64,000 nt of DNA, taken from NCBI RefSeq assembly GCF_009914755.1, contig NC_060947.1. One strand, given 5' to 3'. Position 1 is the stretch's first letter, and each line of letters opens with the position of its first letter. Origin of the DNA: the human T2T-CHM13v2.0 reference genome, Homo sapiens. Position numbers and translations under genes: made by a program. The notes under the pieces were generated by a model that was not told the origin of the DNA, searched no databases, and saw only the letters and a program-made list of their open reading frames with translations. Positions 32,675 through 45,043 of the stretch are shown here, in pieces.

Positions 32675-34779
32675 TTATTCAGACACCTTTTTCAGCACCT
32701 AGCACCATGTGTATGAAACACTTGGCTGACACTATCACAAGATATGAAAATGATTTTGTGTCATGTTAAATTGTTGGTAGAATGTGCCAAAGAATCATTC
32801 CCAGAAGCTCTGATGACTCAGACATACAACCAAGGCATAGTAGATTATTTTTTCCAACAGCTAAAATGGCACAGCCCCATGGCAGTTGCATTTTAAACAC
32901 TGGGGGAAAAAAAGAGGAAAAAAAGATCATTCTCTTGGCCTGCTTGCTTTGAAAATGTGGCATTCTTTAGACAAATTAAATACAAAATATAAGTAGAGAA
33001 ATTGATACGGGGTGCATGTTTTCAAAACTTTTGTCCAAAACAGGACTTCAAACATTTTATAGGGCATGTCTGCAATGTGCAGTTGAAATGATCACAGTTT
33101 CATTTTAATAAAATGCAAATGCATGGATTGGTGTTAAGTAGATTCTACTGAAAAATCTGCACAATTTGCCCACTCGGTGCTGTAGAAAGCACTGCACCTC
33201 TCTGCTTTGTACTCACGCACTGTCATCTCCCTTGTTGTAGAGGAAGCTTCTGAACAGCCTTTTCCAGCAATGAGCCTGAAAGCAAACTAAAACCCCAGTT
33301 GCCACCAAGACGACCTAGGCCTGAATACCCCCACTGATCTTTTGTGGTTAATCAGTCACAGTTGGTTCTGAAAGAGAAGAAATAACCATTTTTTTCTTTC
33401 TACTGTTGCCCAATGGCCTTAAGTTGCAGCTTGAACACTCTTGTGCATGCACAAGCTCTCCCAGCTGGTTTAAATGCTGTAGGATTAATTTTCAACCTAA
33501 ATAAATCTAAGTATAATTTTCTGTATCTAATAACCCAAAAAGCTGTCAATCATCTTGTTTTCTAACCTGTTTCTCTTAGAATCTTTAAACATATTTTGAA
33601 AGCTCAGCCATGCTGTCACTTTAAAAATAAGTATGATAACTTTGGCTTGCTCACAACCTTTTTAAAATAAGCAGTATGCAATCATCAGAACCAAGAAAAT
33701 ATGAGATTAATTTGTTAAATAAGGTTTATTTGTGCATGCTTCTGGCTCTCACAAACTAGAATCACTTACCTCTTAAAAAAACTAAGGTTGAATGCATGAA
33801 AATCAAACTCAATAATTGAAAGTAAACGATGAGATATCTTTTGTCAATATTTTTCTTTTGCATGTCATCTGGTTCTTCAAACCCCAAAAGAACAAATGCA
33901 CATGAGTTTATCCCTTGGTGTTTCAAGGGCATGTATTAGATTTGCACTATTATCGCTGGCTAGCTCTTGGGGAATTTCAGACCCTACTCCTGAATGTGGC
34001 TTGCACGTTCAATTACCATTGGAAGAAAACAAGAAGTAGGAGCAATATTGTTCTACGGAGTTTGGCTGCCACAGAAAATGTCATTACTCCGCAAAAATTA
34101 ACCTAAGCCCTTTGTTCTAGGAAAAGATGGCCACAATGATCAGAATCAGAGAACAAATATATCAGTGTGGACAAATCTGAATCAGCCATACAGAATGTAA
34201 CAATAAAACCAAGAGTCAAAGACATTAATATGGGCCATCCCTATCCAAGCCAGGCCCATGGACAAAAGTCCTAGGCTATAAATGGAATTCTCCCATCCTT
34301 AAGATGCCTGCATCTCTCCAATGGAGATGGTATCTGCTGACTGGCCACAGAAGATGCCTCCCAGTATGTGAGTTACACAACTCCTCTTTTTTCCAGCTTT
34401 CCTGAATTCTAAAGAACCTGATTAAAATTAACTCCCACTGAAGATTGTGTTGACCACAGGATGTCCCTTTTCTGCAACAAATAAAATATTGGCGTTTGGT
34501 TTCTTAGAAAAAAGCCTGGAGATTAATGGGCTAGACTTTCCCATATAGTCTATGTTGAGACTCCAGTATTATCTCCAACCCTCTGCAGGATTTGAGGCAT
34601 GTTACTTAGTTTATTTAATTCTCAGTTACTCACAAAAGAGAAAAGCAGCCCCTGCTGGTCAGCAGCTGACCTGGTAATGTACCCTAAGCCCTGGCAATGC
34701 TGGGAGTTGGTCTGTGCCTTGCAGCTAGGTTGTGCCATCGTCCTGTTGAACATAAAAAAAAAAATCATGGAACAACAAC

Positions 34780-35438
34780 GCCAGGCAAAATGCCTCCAGT
34801 CTCTTTGGTAAAACATAGCAAGAGTCACCTTTATTCTAGTTCCTAACAAGTTACCCATATCAATCTGAGACCACCTCAGCCTGGACTTCATTGTCCATAT
34901 CACTATCAGCATTTTGGTCAAGGCCATTCAACAAGTCTCTAGAAAGTTCCAAACTTTCCCACATCTCCCTGTCTTCTGAGCCCTTCAAACTGTTCCAATT
35001 TCTGCCTGTTACCCAGTTCCAAAGTCACTTCCACATTTTTGGGTATCTTCACAGCAGCACCCCACTCTCAGTAGCAATTTCCATTATCATGCTGCTATTA
35101 AAGACATACCCGAGAGTGGGTAATGTATAAAGGAAAAAAGTTTGACTCACAGTTCAGCATGGCTGGGGAGTCCTCAGGAAACTTACAATCATGGCGGAAG
35201 GGGAAGCAAATATGTCCTTCATCACATGGTGGTAGCAAGGAGAAGTGCTGAGCAAAAGGAGGAAAAGCCCCTTACACAATCCTCTGATCTCATGAGAACT
35301 CACTATCATGAGAACATCATGAGGGTAACCACCACAGGATTCAATTACTTCCCACTGGCTCCCTCCCATGACACATGGGGATTATGGGAACTACAGTTCA
35401 AGATGACATTTGGGTGAGGACAAAGCCAAACCATATCA
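34780..35438 (-). mobile_element. THE1 (C/D-like) MaLR LTR plus adjacent internal fragment
   Basis: Internal segment (ctgagaccacctcagcctggacttcattgtccatatc) to ~35080, then LTR (gactcacagttc..acaatcatggcggaagg..ccaaaccatatca). Confidence 0.88.
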
Positions 35439-36252
35439 CCATGCCATCTAGTAAAATGGTCAGGCAAGTTTAGACATACAAAAGTGACTATGTGAACTGT
35501 ATAAACCAAGTCAAATGGAGTACAACTAAAAGAGAGTCTGTGTTTAGTGTAGAATCAGTGGAAATATGTGAGGTTCAATCAACATGCTTACTAAGAAACA
35601 GCATAATTTAAATTACTTCTTGTGATGCTTAGAAAGAGACACATTCTTTAGAGCAAATTGCTGACTTATAAATCACTATCATAGACAATTGTTGGAAGAA
35701 AATTTTTCACCTGCAGAATGAAGTGTGCTCATGAAAGGTACACCTACTGGTTTTAGATCGGTGGGGTTTGAAATAAAAGCATTTAATTTTTCAATTTCAA
35801 AACAATCATGTTGTGGACCATTTCAGAAAGAACTAGAAGAAACTGAGAGCCTGGGAGCTTATTCAGAGTCATTTTTTTTTTTTTTTAAATATGGAAACCA
35901 CTAAATGTACATTCACCATCAAATCCTGCCCGAGCTCTTGGGAAGGTAAATAAGCTACTGATAAAACTTTGTTGCAAACCAGAACTCTATAAAGAAATAA
36001 AGGAAAAATCCAAGATAGAATACATTGATTTTATTTTCTAATAGTAGAAACATTTAAACATTGTTGTTGTTGTGTTTTAATCTCATTTGAAAACAAATGC
36101 AAATTTGACAACATGAGCACTTGCCACTAAGGGGTGTAGAATATATCTAATTGGTTACCTAAGACACTTGAAAGAACTAGTAGGATCTCTCTTTAATTCC
36201 CATGTTAGGGTAGAAGCTCCCCTAAAATCAGGAAACATGTGTAATGACTTCC

Positions 36253-36666
36253 TGTGGGGGGTGCATGGCAACATATTCAAGCTAATGTAGAAGACATGTG
36301 AGGTCGAGGCATGGAAAAATACTGAGGCACTGTGTGCATGTTGTTTGTGCATGAGACTAGAACTCCTTGTCCCTGAAAACAGGACAGGGAGTAGTATGTG
36401 TGATAAGGAGTGCTGAACACAGCCTCCTAAGAATGTGGTTTGAGTGTTTTTTACAAGGTCATATGTGCCTCATGACCCAACCGCAAAGAGCCACCTGGTG
36501 GATGTCTTTTGTTCATCTGAACTGTAGTTTAAACAAGCTCTCTCAATAAATATTCAGGTGGATGGATCTTGGGGCAGCACTCTCTCAGAAGAGCTGTTCC
36601 CCGCCCCGTTCAGCTGGAATTGTTTGAGTACTTCATTCTCAGCATTCACTGCAGCTATAAGCTGTA
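36253..36666 (+). mobile_element. Solo LTR, probably ERVL class (LTR47-like, family tentative)
   Basis: 414-bp block absent from the paralogous copy at 38.3 kb. TG start, AATAAA at ~36545, near-matching 5-bp TSD CTTCC/CTTGC. Confidence 0.75.
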
Positions 36667-36687
36667 CTTGCCTGTTTACATCTGAGC

Positions 36688-36773
36688 TCAAAAGACATTC
36701 ATTAAATTAATAAAAGGAGATTTTAAATAATTAAACGTTTTTGAACTTCCACACAAACGTGCCTCTTGCATAC
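36688..36773 (-). CDS. Candidate alternative terminal exon, copy 1 (G-MQEARLCGSSKTFNYLKSPFINLMNVF*)
   Basis: Acceptor ttttgtatttattttAG (AG at 36775-36774). In frame with the phase-1 donor at 63456, 27 codons then TGA, ATTAAA on the minus strand at 36197-36192. Resembles my recollection of the short NLGN4Y isoform C-terminus. Use in NLGN4X is not shown by the sequence. Confidence 0.45.
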
Positions 36774-36791
36774 CTAAAATAAATACAAAAC

Positions 36792-38277
36792 CGATAGGGA
36801 CAGAAGGCAGGGAAATTCTGGGCAGAAGAGAGCGGGTTCCCGGTAAGTGCCCCACCCTCAAGCCAAAAAGCAACCAGGGCCCAAAGTGAGAATTTACATT
36901 CCTGTTTTCCCACTCAACTGCTGCCTTTTCCAAAACCACCCATGGCCTGCCCTGCACCACATCCTGTGCCCATAAAAACTCCAGGCATAGCTTGGAAAGG
37001 GGAGAAGCAGCTGGACATCGGAAATTATAGTTGGACATCAGAGAGAAGTGGCTTGACTTCAGAGGGACAGCTTGATGGCATAGCTTTGGAGAAGATTCTG
37101 GCCGGGGATGACGGGACTCCTGGGGAAGATTATCTTCCTGCTCCATCCCGTTTTCAGTTCCCCTTCCTGCTGAGAGCTACTTTCAACCAGCAATAAAAAA
37201 TCCCCTGCATTTACCATCTTCAATTTGTTCGTGTGACCTGATTGCTCCTGGACGTCAGTCTGTTGCGGGATCAGGAGGACCAGAGAGAGACCTCGGGGTG
37301 TATACAGGAGGATATCTTTATTATTGAGTGCACTCAGACCCAGCAGACTCAACGTCCAACGACTGGGCCCGGAACAAAGACAGCACTTGTCTTTCATACA
37401 CACTTAACAAAAGGGGGTGGGCTAGCTTGAAGTAAGCTTACAGTGGCGTGAAAGCAGGGATACAGAGGCAGGACAAACTCAGGACCGCATATGACCATTG
37501 CCAAGCAATCCAGATGTCTGTTACCTAGGTTTTGCTCTAAAGTGCCTTGCACTGGTTTATTTCATAACCTTCACTATGGTGCCCAAGCAGCTGTAGTTCA
37601 GGCCTAATCAGGCTTCTCATGACCTTCGTTGTACTTTTTAGATAAAACAGAATACTTGAAGTCATTAGTTACAGAGAACAGGAATCTATAAACTCATTCC
37701 ATAAAACAAACGAAAATTTGTTTTCCTTCTCCCTATGTTGAGGGAGTGCTGGGAGAGTCTCCAGAGCACATTAGATAATATTATCAAGACTTTTCCTGGG
37801 TCTGGGCTGTGCCTGTTGCTGCCTCTGGGAAAAGTCAGCCTAATACAGGAAAACTTATTTCTCTTTCTTTTTGATTTTATTTTTCTTTAATTTCCCACCT
37901 CAGGACAAAAACTTGCGTGCCATGAGTGTGGGTGCAAAAGGCTGTCACATTGACCCTCCACTGAGCTGTTAACACTTACGGTCTCTGCGGATGGCAAAGC
38001 CAAACAGGCAGTGTAACACTTCCTCTGGGTCTTCAGGGGTTGCGGGCTACCCTCTACTAGATGCTGCCGTGGGGCTGGTATGGAGTTCATTCTTGCTGGT
38101 GCCCAAAATTGTTCGCCCTGGCTCCTGTACCTGCTCACCTGTGCTTCCCCTCCCACAAGGGGTAGAGCAGCGAGTGAGCAGGGTTCACCCCCGCTGGCCT
38201 GGAAGCAGCCGGCTAGTTCCAGCACCAGTGCACTCCAGTTCCCACCTGTGAAGGGGTCAGGGAAATATCCTGTTTCA
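36792..38277 (+). mobile_element. MER50 (ERV1) solo LTR, split by a nested LTR
   Basis: gatagggacagaaggcagggaaattctgggcagaagag start, ggaaatatcctgtttca end. Confidence 0.82.
37261..37902 (-). mobile_element. ERV1-class solo LTR nested in MER50 in opposite orientation
   Basis: TG...CA termini, minus-strand AATAAA at ~37317-37322, and the MER50 sequence resumes after 37902. Family not named with confidence. Confidence 0.75.
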
Positions 38278-38387
38278 TTAAGAAACTGTTAAAGAACTAG
38301 TAGGGTCTCTGTTTATTTCCCATGTTGGGGTGGAAGTTCCCTAAAAACAAGAAACATGTGTAACAAGTTGTCTGTTTACATCTGACC

Positions 38388-38473
38388 TCAAAAGACACTT
38401 ATTAAATGAATGAAAGGAGATTTAAAATATTTAAATGCTTTTGAACTCCCACACAAACGTGCCCCTTGCATAC
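38388..38473 (-). CDS. Candidate alternative terminal exon, copy 2 (G-MQGARLCGSSKAFKYFKSPFIHLISVF*)
   Basis: Paralogous copy exactly 1700 bp away with the same acceptor (AG at 38475-38474), same frame and same stop. AATAAA on the minus strand at 38317-38312. Confidence 0.3.
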
Positions 38474-39701
38474 CTAAAATAAATACAAAATCACATTTAT
38501 TAATTACGAATTTTGTGTTTCTTTGTGATCCCATGTTCTGTCATTTTACAACTACATTTAAAATATAAAAAACAACATAAGGGAAAAATGAAAACAAAAC
38601 TTTTCCTCATATACTAGATGCTTCTCAAATGGATACTATTTCTTTTGATGATAGCAAGAGTATCTTTACTCACAAACATCAATATGTTAAGCACATCATC
38701 TATTCACAGAAATAGTACAAGTTATAGAGAGGAAATGAAAACGAAATGTTTCATTTGATAGGAATGGTGAAGCAGGAAATGAGAAGAGTAGAAAATGAAC
38801 AAAGGCATGCTTTTCTTCTTCTATCACTAAACATTAAGTGATGCCAATTTGTTATTTTCTTCTTGGAACTGCATGGGTAGGGTTTTAGAAGCCGGAAACT
38901 GCTGGATCAAATAAGGTTCTTGGCTTATGTACTCCCAACCCTGTTTCCCCCATTCCCTGGGGCTTCAAGATCATTCACACAAAAGGCATGCTTTTGAATA
39001 TTCAGTAATATTTTCTCCTGCTGGTAATTTGCTCTGCAGACTGTAACGTTTCACGTTCCTAAGAATTGACAGAATGTTGCTGTTTAGGGATAAATGCAGC
39101 CCACTGAGAAGAGGGTCAAGATGAAGGATCAAGATGCAATTAGATGTTTCAGAATTTACATGAGATATTATCCCATGTGCCTATCAATATTGCAATCCAG
39201 CAAGAAAACAACACTTGGTTAGATGTTTCTGAAACTGCACTAGTTTACTTATCCTGATATCATAAGATAAGTGCTTCTTTCAATTGTATTTTACCTTCAG
39301 ATTATTTGTTAAAAACTAAAACAAATTCAAACAAAACAAAACAAACTACAAAAGTGAGACAAGGCAGTGAATGGGGATTCTGTCCCAATGCAGATCCCGG
39401 GGATTCTCTTACTGGCATGATGAATGGTTAACAGCTATGCTGCATTGTGGAAGTAAAATGGCATTCCTCCAAAAAATGGACCAACGAATACATACCTTGG
39501 GCCTTTAAGGTCATGTCAACCAATGGTTGAAACCACAAGGGATACATGCCATCTGGGTGCCAACTGTCATCAATATAACAAAGACATCTGAGATGGGGAT
39601 GTGTCTCTGAGTGGCATTTAGCTTCCTCCCAGAGAAGTGAGCCTTGACTGTCTGCAGCGGAACCATCAACACACAGCCCTGGGTTGTCTTCACTACCCAG
39701 T

Positions 39702-40324
39702 TGTTGGGACTCATAAACCCATACAGCAAAATATGGCACTTTGATGTGCTGAACTGAAGAAGAAGCCTCAACGTCTCTCTCATCTTCTCCCACTCCCTCT
39801 TGTCTCTCAACCCTCTGTGACCCCCAAAGCACAGGAGGAAGTTGTTTTCTGAAGTTGTTTATCTGCCTAAAGTCTGGACCCATCAAAGAAGAAAACAATG
39901 ACCTCTGGTCCCTTCCCCGAGATTCTAGTAACTGGACTCATATCGCAGGAAGAAAGAATGAAGTCTGTCAACACACCTGGACAGACTTTTGTGACAAACC
40001 ACTGTCTGCTCTGCAAGCCCAACAGACTTTGTTCTAAGCCACTGTATGTTCTTCAAGCCCACTTAATTCCCCTAAAAATCATTTACTATCCCCCTAAGTA
40101 TCATCCAGGAGTCCTCACCTCCCTTTCCTCTAGGAAGTAGAGTATATAAGCATATCTACTCCATTAAGATATTGGGTAATCAGTCTCCTAATCCTTCCTG
40201 CCAAGCTATCCACATTAAAGGAAATTTGCATGCCTTTTCTTCAATTAATCTGCCTTTTTAAGTTGATTTTTCAGTGAACCCTCAGAGGGGAAAGGGGAAG
40301 TTTCTACTAGGGGAAGTGCCTACA
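39702..40324 (+). mobile_element. MER39-like ERV1 solo LTR
   Basis: tgttgggactca..aaaatatggcactttga..gaactgaagaag..gatttttcagtgaacc..cctaca, flanked by CAGT/CAGC. Confidence 0.8.
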
Positions 40325-40964
40325 CAGCCAACAGTTTTGACCAAATCTTATAAGATAAATTTTTGCACAGTGCTCAAGCTGAAGCCAGGAACAAAGCACA
40401 GGTTCTATGAGTTAATAATGATGAGAAAATAACTCAAGTCTAAGGGGTGAAAATAGGAAAACCTGTCACCTTAATACAGTGTGTATTTTCCACAGTGGGA
40501 AGGAAAAAGTGTGGGCAGATATCTAATAGTTGCATATGCAGCTGAAAATATAAAGTAATCTAAATACTAGATCCAAACGCCAGATTAACAATTCTTGCAG
40601 TAAATATCATCCACTAATAGTCCCAAATTTTATTATAAACCAAGTAAATGTAAGTAATGTTTTGGCATGTGGTTTAAAGAGTGAATAATTTGGGCAGATG
40701 TTAAGAATACACTTAACATTAGAAAAACTAGACCAAAGTTAGACATCAAACTTCGTTATCATCCTAAAAACAATTTTATCTTCCCAAATGTGCTTCATTT
40801 CAAACGAGCTATTTTACCCACCTCTCTTCAGCATGGGACTTATCTGTGGTCTTGTAACTAGAAATTATATGGCACTACAAAAGATTACCAACTTTATTTT
40901 TCCCTTCTCTGTTAAAAGTCATCATTTTTAAGTAATTATAATAAAAATGAAAATGAATGACATT

Positions 40965-41690
40965 TTGAAAAACGTCAAAAAGCAGCACATGTTGGCAAAG
41001 ATGCTGAGAAAAGGGTACAGTTATACACTGTTGGTGGGAAGGTAAATTAATACAACCTCTATGGAAAATAGTATGGAGATTTCCCAAATGACTTAAGATA
41101 GAAGTATCATTTGGCCCAGCAATCCCACTTGTGGGTTTCTACTCAAAGGAAAAGAAATGGTTCTATCAAAAAGACACCTCCACTCATATGTTTATCACTA
41201 CACTATTCACAACAGCAAAGTCATGAAATCAACTTAAGTGTCCATCAACAGATGACTGGATATATAAATGTTTATATATACCATGGTTTATATATCCATG
41301 GAATACAACTCAGTAGTAGTCATAAAAAAGAATGAAATTATGTCTTTTGCAGCAACATGTATGAAACTGGGTGGAGGCCATTATCCTAAGTGAAATAACT
41401 CAGAAAGTCCAACACTGCATGTTTTTACTTATAAGTGGGAGCTAAACAACAGGTGCACATTAACATACAGGGTAGAATAATAGACACTGGAGACTATAAA
41501 GTGTCAGGAGGTGGAAGGAGGAGGAAGGGGCATGAAGGATGAAATACTACCTACTGGATAAAGGTTCCACTATTCGGGTGATGAGTACACTAAAAGCCCC
41601 GACATCACCACTATGAATATACCCATATAACAAAACTGAATTTGTAACACCCATAAATTTATAAACATTTTTAAATAAAAAATAAAAAGC
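40965..41690 (+). mobile_element. L1MA (about L1MA2/3) 3' end
   Basis: ORF2 C-terminal motifs, then gggtgatgagtacactaaaagccc..caccacta and an A-rich tail. Confidence 0.85.
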
Positions 41691-42264
41691 AAATAAAAGC
41701 AGGTTTTCTTAAAACATTGTATTATTTTGTTCTTAAAATAATTTTATTTCTTAAAACACGTATTTTGTTAGTAAGTACATACATTTGCTAACAAAATAGT
41801 GGAAGCAAATACAAAATATAGCATGTAGCTGTCAGCCCAGGGCCCTGTAAATGGCCTGCTTGCATCATGTAAGTTCTGACCATATGACAAATGGAATGGA
41901 TAGAAGCTAGATACATATAAAATTTTCTCCTTTCTGCAAGTTCACAGTTTCAAAGACATTTCCTAAAGTCTTTCCCTGGTCAAAAGCATGGAAATTTAAT
42001 TATCAATTCAAGTTTGCTCTGAGATCAAATGGAGACACTGGGGTTGTCAACAGTCAAATTAAATCCTAAGCTAAAATGCCCCTGAAAGTAACAGATAAGG
42101 AAGAAGAGAGCCCTGGGACAGTTTTTAGTCTTCCATGTCAGGATGCTGTGGGGTACGATGACATGTTTTGTTTGATTGTTGTTTAGTTTGTTTATATGCT
42201 CCTTTCAGGACCTTTCTACACTTTTAAAGAGAGCATCCCAGTGAAGGATATGACAACTTCAGAC

Positions 42265-42720
42265 TTTATTTTTCTTCTATTTAAGAGGAAATTCACGTAA
42301 CATAAAGTGAACCATTTTAAAGTGTACTGTTCTGTTCAATGTCATTTAGTATATTTGCATTTTTGTGAATCTATCTCTAGAAATTTTTCATGTTCGCAAA
42401 CTGAAACTCTGTAACCATGACACGCTAATTCCCTATAGTCCTCTTCCAAGCACCAGCAACCACTAATCTACTTTCTGTCTCTATGAATTGAATCCAAATA
42501 TCCATCAAATGAAAAATAGATAAACATAACAGAATGCGGTCTATCATACAATGGAATAGTATCCAGCCATAAACCAGCATGCGGTACTGATTGATACATG
42601 CTACAATGTGGATGAACCTTGTAAACCTTGTAAACATTTTATTAGGAGAAAGAAATGAGATATAGAGTGTATGATTTCACTTATATGAAATGTAAGATTA
42701 TGTGAATATATAGAGATGGG
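42265..42720 (-). mobile_element. L1MB 3' end with inverted 5' segment
   Basis: Minus-strand 3' end at 42265-42490 abuts a plus-strand upstream L1MB segment at 42491-42720. Confidence 0.7.
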
Positions 42721-42854
42721 TTTTTAAAAGTTACTTTATTTTCTACCACTCAAAAATTACCATGTCCATTCCAATATTGCAGGATATGAGATACTGAACA
42801 TGCTCTAACATGGTGATGATTACAAATAGTCAATTAAATCACAGATACCATAAT

Positions 42855-43660
42855 GTTTTATTTTACTGTGATATAGAGAATATGAAATTGATCATTTAAA
42901 CTATTTTTTGGTGTATAATTGAGTGGCCTTAAGAACAGTCACATTATTGTCCAACTGTCCCCACCATCTATCTTCAGAACATTTTGTACCTTTCCAAACT
43001 GAAACTCTATCCATTAGGAAATAATTTTCCATTCTCTCCGCCTCTCAGCCGCACACAAACACCATTCAACTTTTTGCCTCTGTGAATTTGACAACTCTAC
43101 GTACCTCATATTGGTAAAATCATACAGCTTTTGTCCTTTTGTGACTAGCATGTAGCTTATTTCTCTTAGAATGATGTCCTCAAGGTTTATTTATGTTGTA
43201 GCATGTATCAGAATTTCCTTTCTTTTAAGGGCTGAATAATATTCCATTTCAGCAGTGTGTGTGTGTGTGTGTGTACACGCATAAATATATACATATATAT
43301 CACTTGTTTATCCATTCATCCATCAATGGATAGTTGGCTAGTTCAAAAGTTCAGTTTTTAGCTATTGTGAATAACATGGTTAAGGACTGCGTATACAAAT
43401 ATCTCCTGGAATTCCTGCTTTCAATTCTTTTGAGTATATACCCAGAGGTAGAATTGGAGTATATACCCGGAGGTAGAATTGTTGGATCACATATGGTAGT
43501 TCCATGTTTACTTTTTTGAGGAACAGCCAAAGAGTTTTCCACAATGACTGTACCATCTTACATTCCCACCAGCAATGTGAAAGAGTTCCAGTTTCTCCAC
43601 ATCTCCATTACAACTTCTTATTTTACGTTTACTTTATTAACAGCCATCCTAATGGATATG
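42855..43660 (-). mobile_element. L1MB 3' portion with internal (GT)n
   Basis: aaactgaaactct, ggctgaataatattccatt, atccattcatccatcaatgga, cattcccaccagcaatg. Confidence 0.85.
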
Positions 43661-44650
43661 ATTTCCATGATCTGAAAACATGATTTCTTGTGTATTATTG
43701 AGAATGTCAACAATTGAGATTTTCAATGTACTGTCCCAGGCTCCTAAGACTCAACAATGAATGAAACAAACAACAATTAATGCCCTTGAAGAGCTGACAT
43801 TTCGGTGGGTGGGTACTGACTGGAAGAAAAGCAATTGAGTTGCAGTATAATTGTGGCCAAGATGGAACGAGTCATAGATTTGACTGGAAATTGGATCCAC
43901 TTCTGCCACTGTCAAGTTTTGTGACCCTGACCACAAGCTTTCATTTCTTCATTTTTCAAATGTGGTTGGTTGTCCAGGCCCGTGGGAACACGTATGAAGA
44001 CATACACCACTTTCACAACACAGGGGGCCCCTGTTTCAGCCAGATCCAAGAGAATCTGCTCTCTGTTCACAGAATGAACACATCTAAATCATAACTCTCT
44101 ATCCTGCATTTTTCTTCTGTTTTGTCTCTTCTTACATTTTCTTTTCAGGTTCTATGGCGATTTGAATTTGAGACTCAATTCCAAATGTATCCCACGTCCA
44201 GTTATTCCAATGTGATGGAGAATCACAAAGTGAAGCAAGTGGGATATACTGCTAACCATGAATAAGAGGTTAGAATGTCTTGTTCTGATTAAGAGCAGTC
44301 AATTAGGGCTAATTTCCTGTAGGAGTACAGATAAATATCTTGCCTATAACTTGCAGGTGAGTGACTACAAAACTTGCATTTATCTAGCAACCTTCAGTAC
44401 CATTCTGCTGACTGCTGACATCAGGAAATATCCCTTTGCTGCCTAGTTAGTGTTGTTGTCATGAATTTGGGGGTGGGAGTGGGGGTGCTTCCTGCTTGTA
44501 GACCCTCACCTTTAGACCTCCTGGATCTCCCCTATGAACCTGCCATTTAAAATGCTCAATCAGCCTCCAGGACTCTAACAAAGACCCTTCCATCTGTTAT
44601 AATTGATGAATGAGTCTGTAGTTTAGTGATCCTACTGCCTTCTGCATTAA

Positions 44651-45043
<393 letters not shown>

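Noticed and set aside
36776-37146. N-terminal part of the 152-aa ORF 36688..37146
   Set aside because: It is antisense MER50 LTR sequence. Only the part after the acceptor at 36774 is treated as a candidate exon.
39428-39898. 156-aa minus-strand ORF
   Set aside because: Partly inside a MER39-like LTR, with no recognisable homology or exon boundaries.
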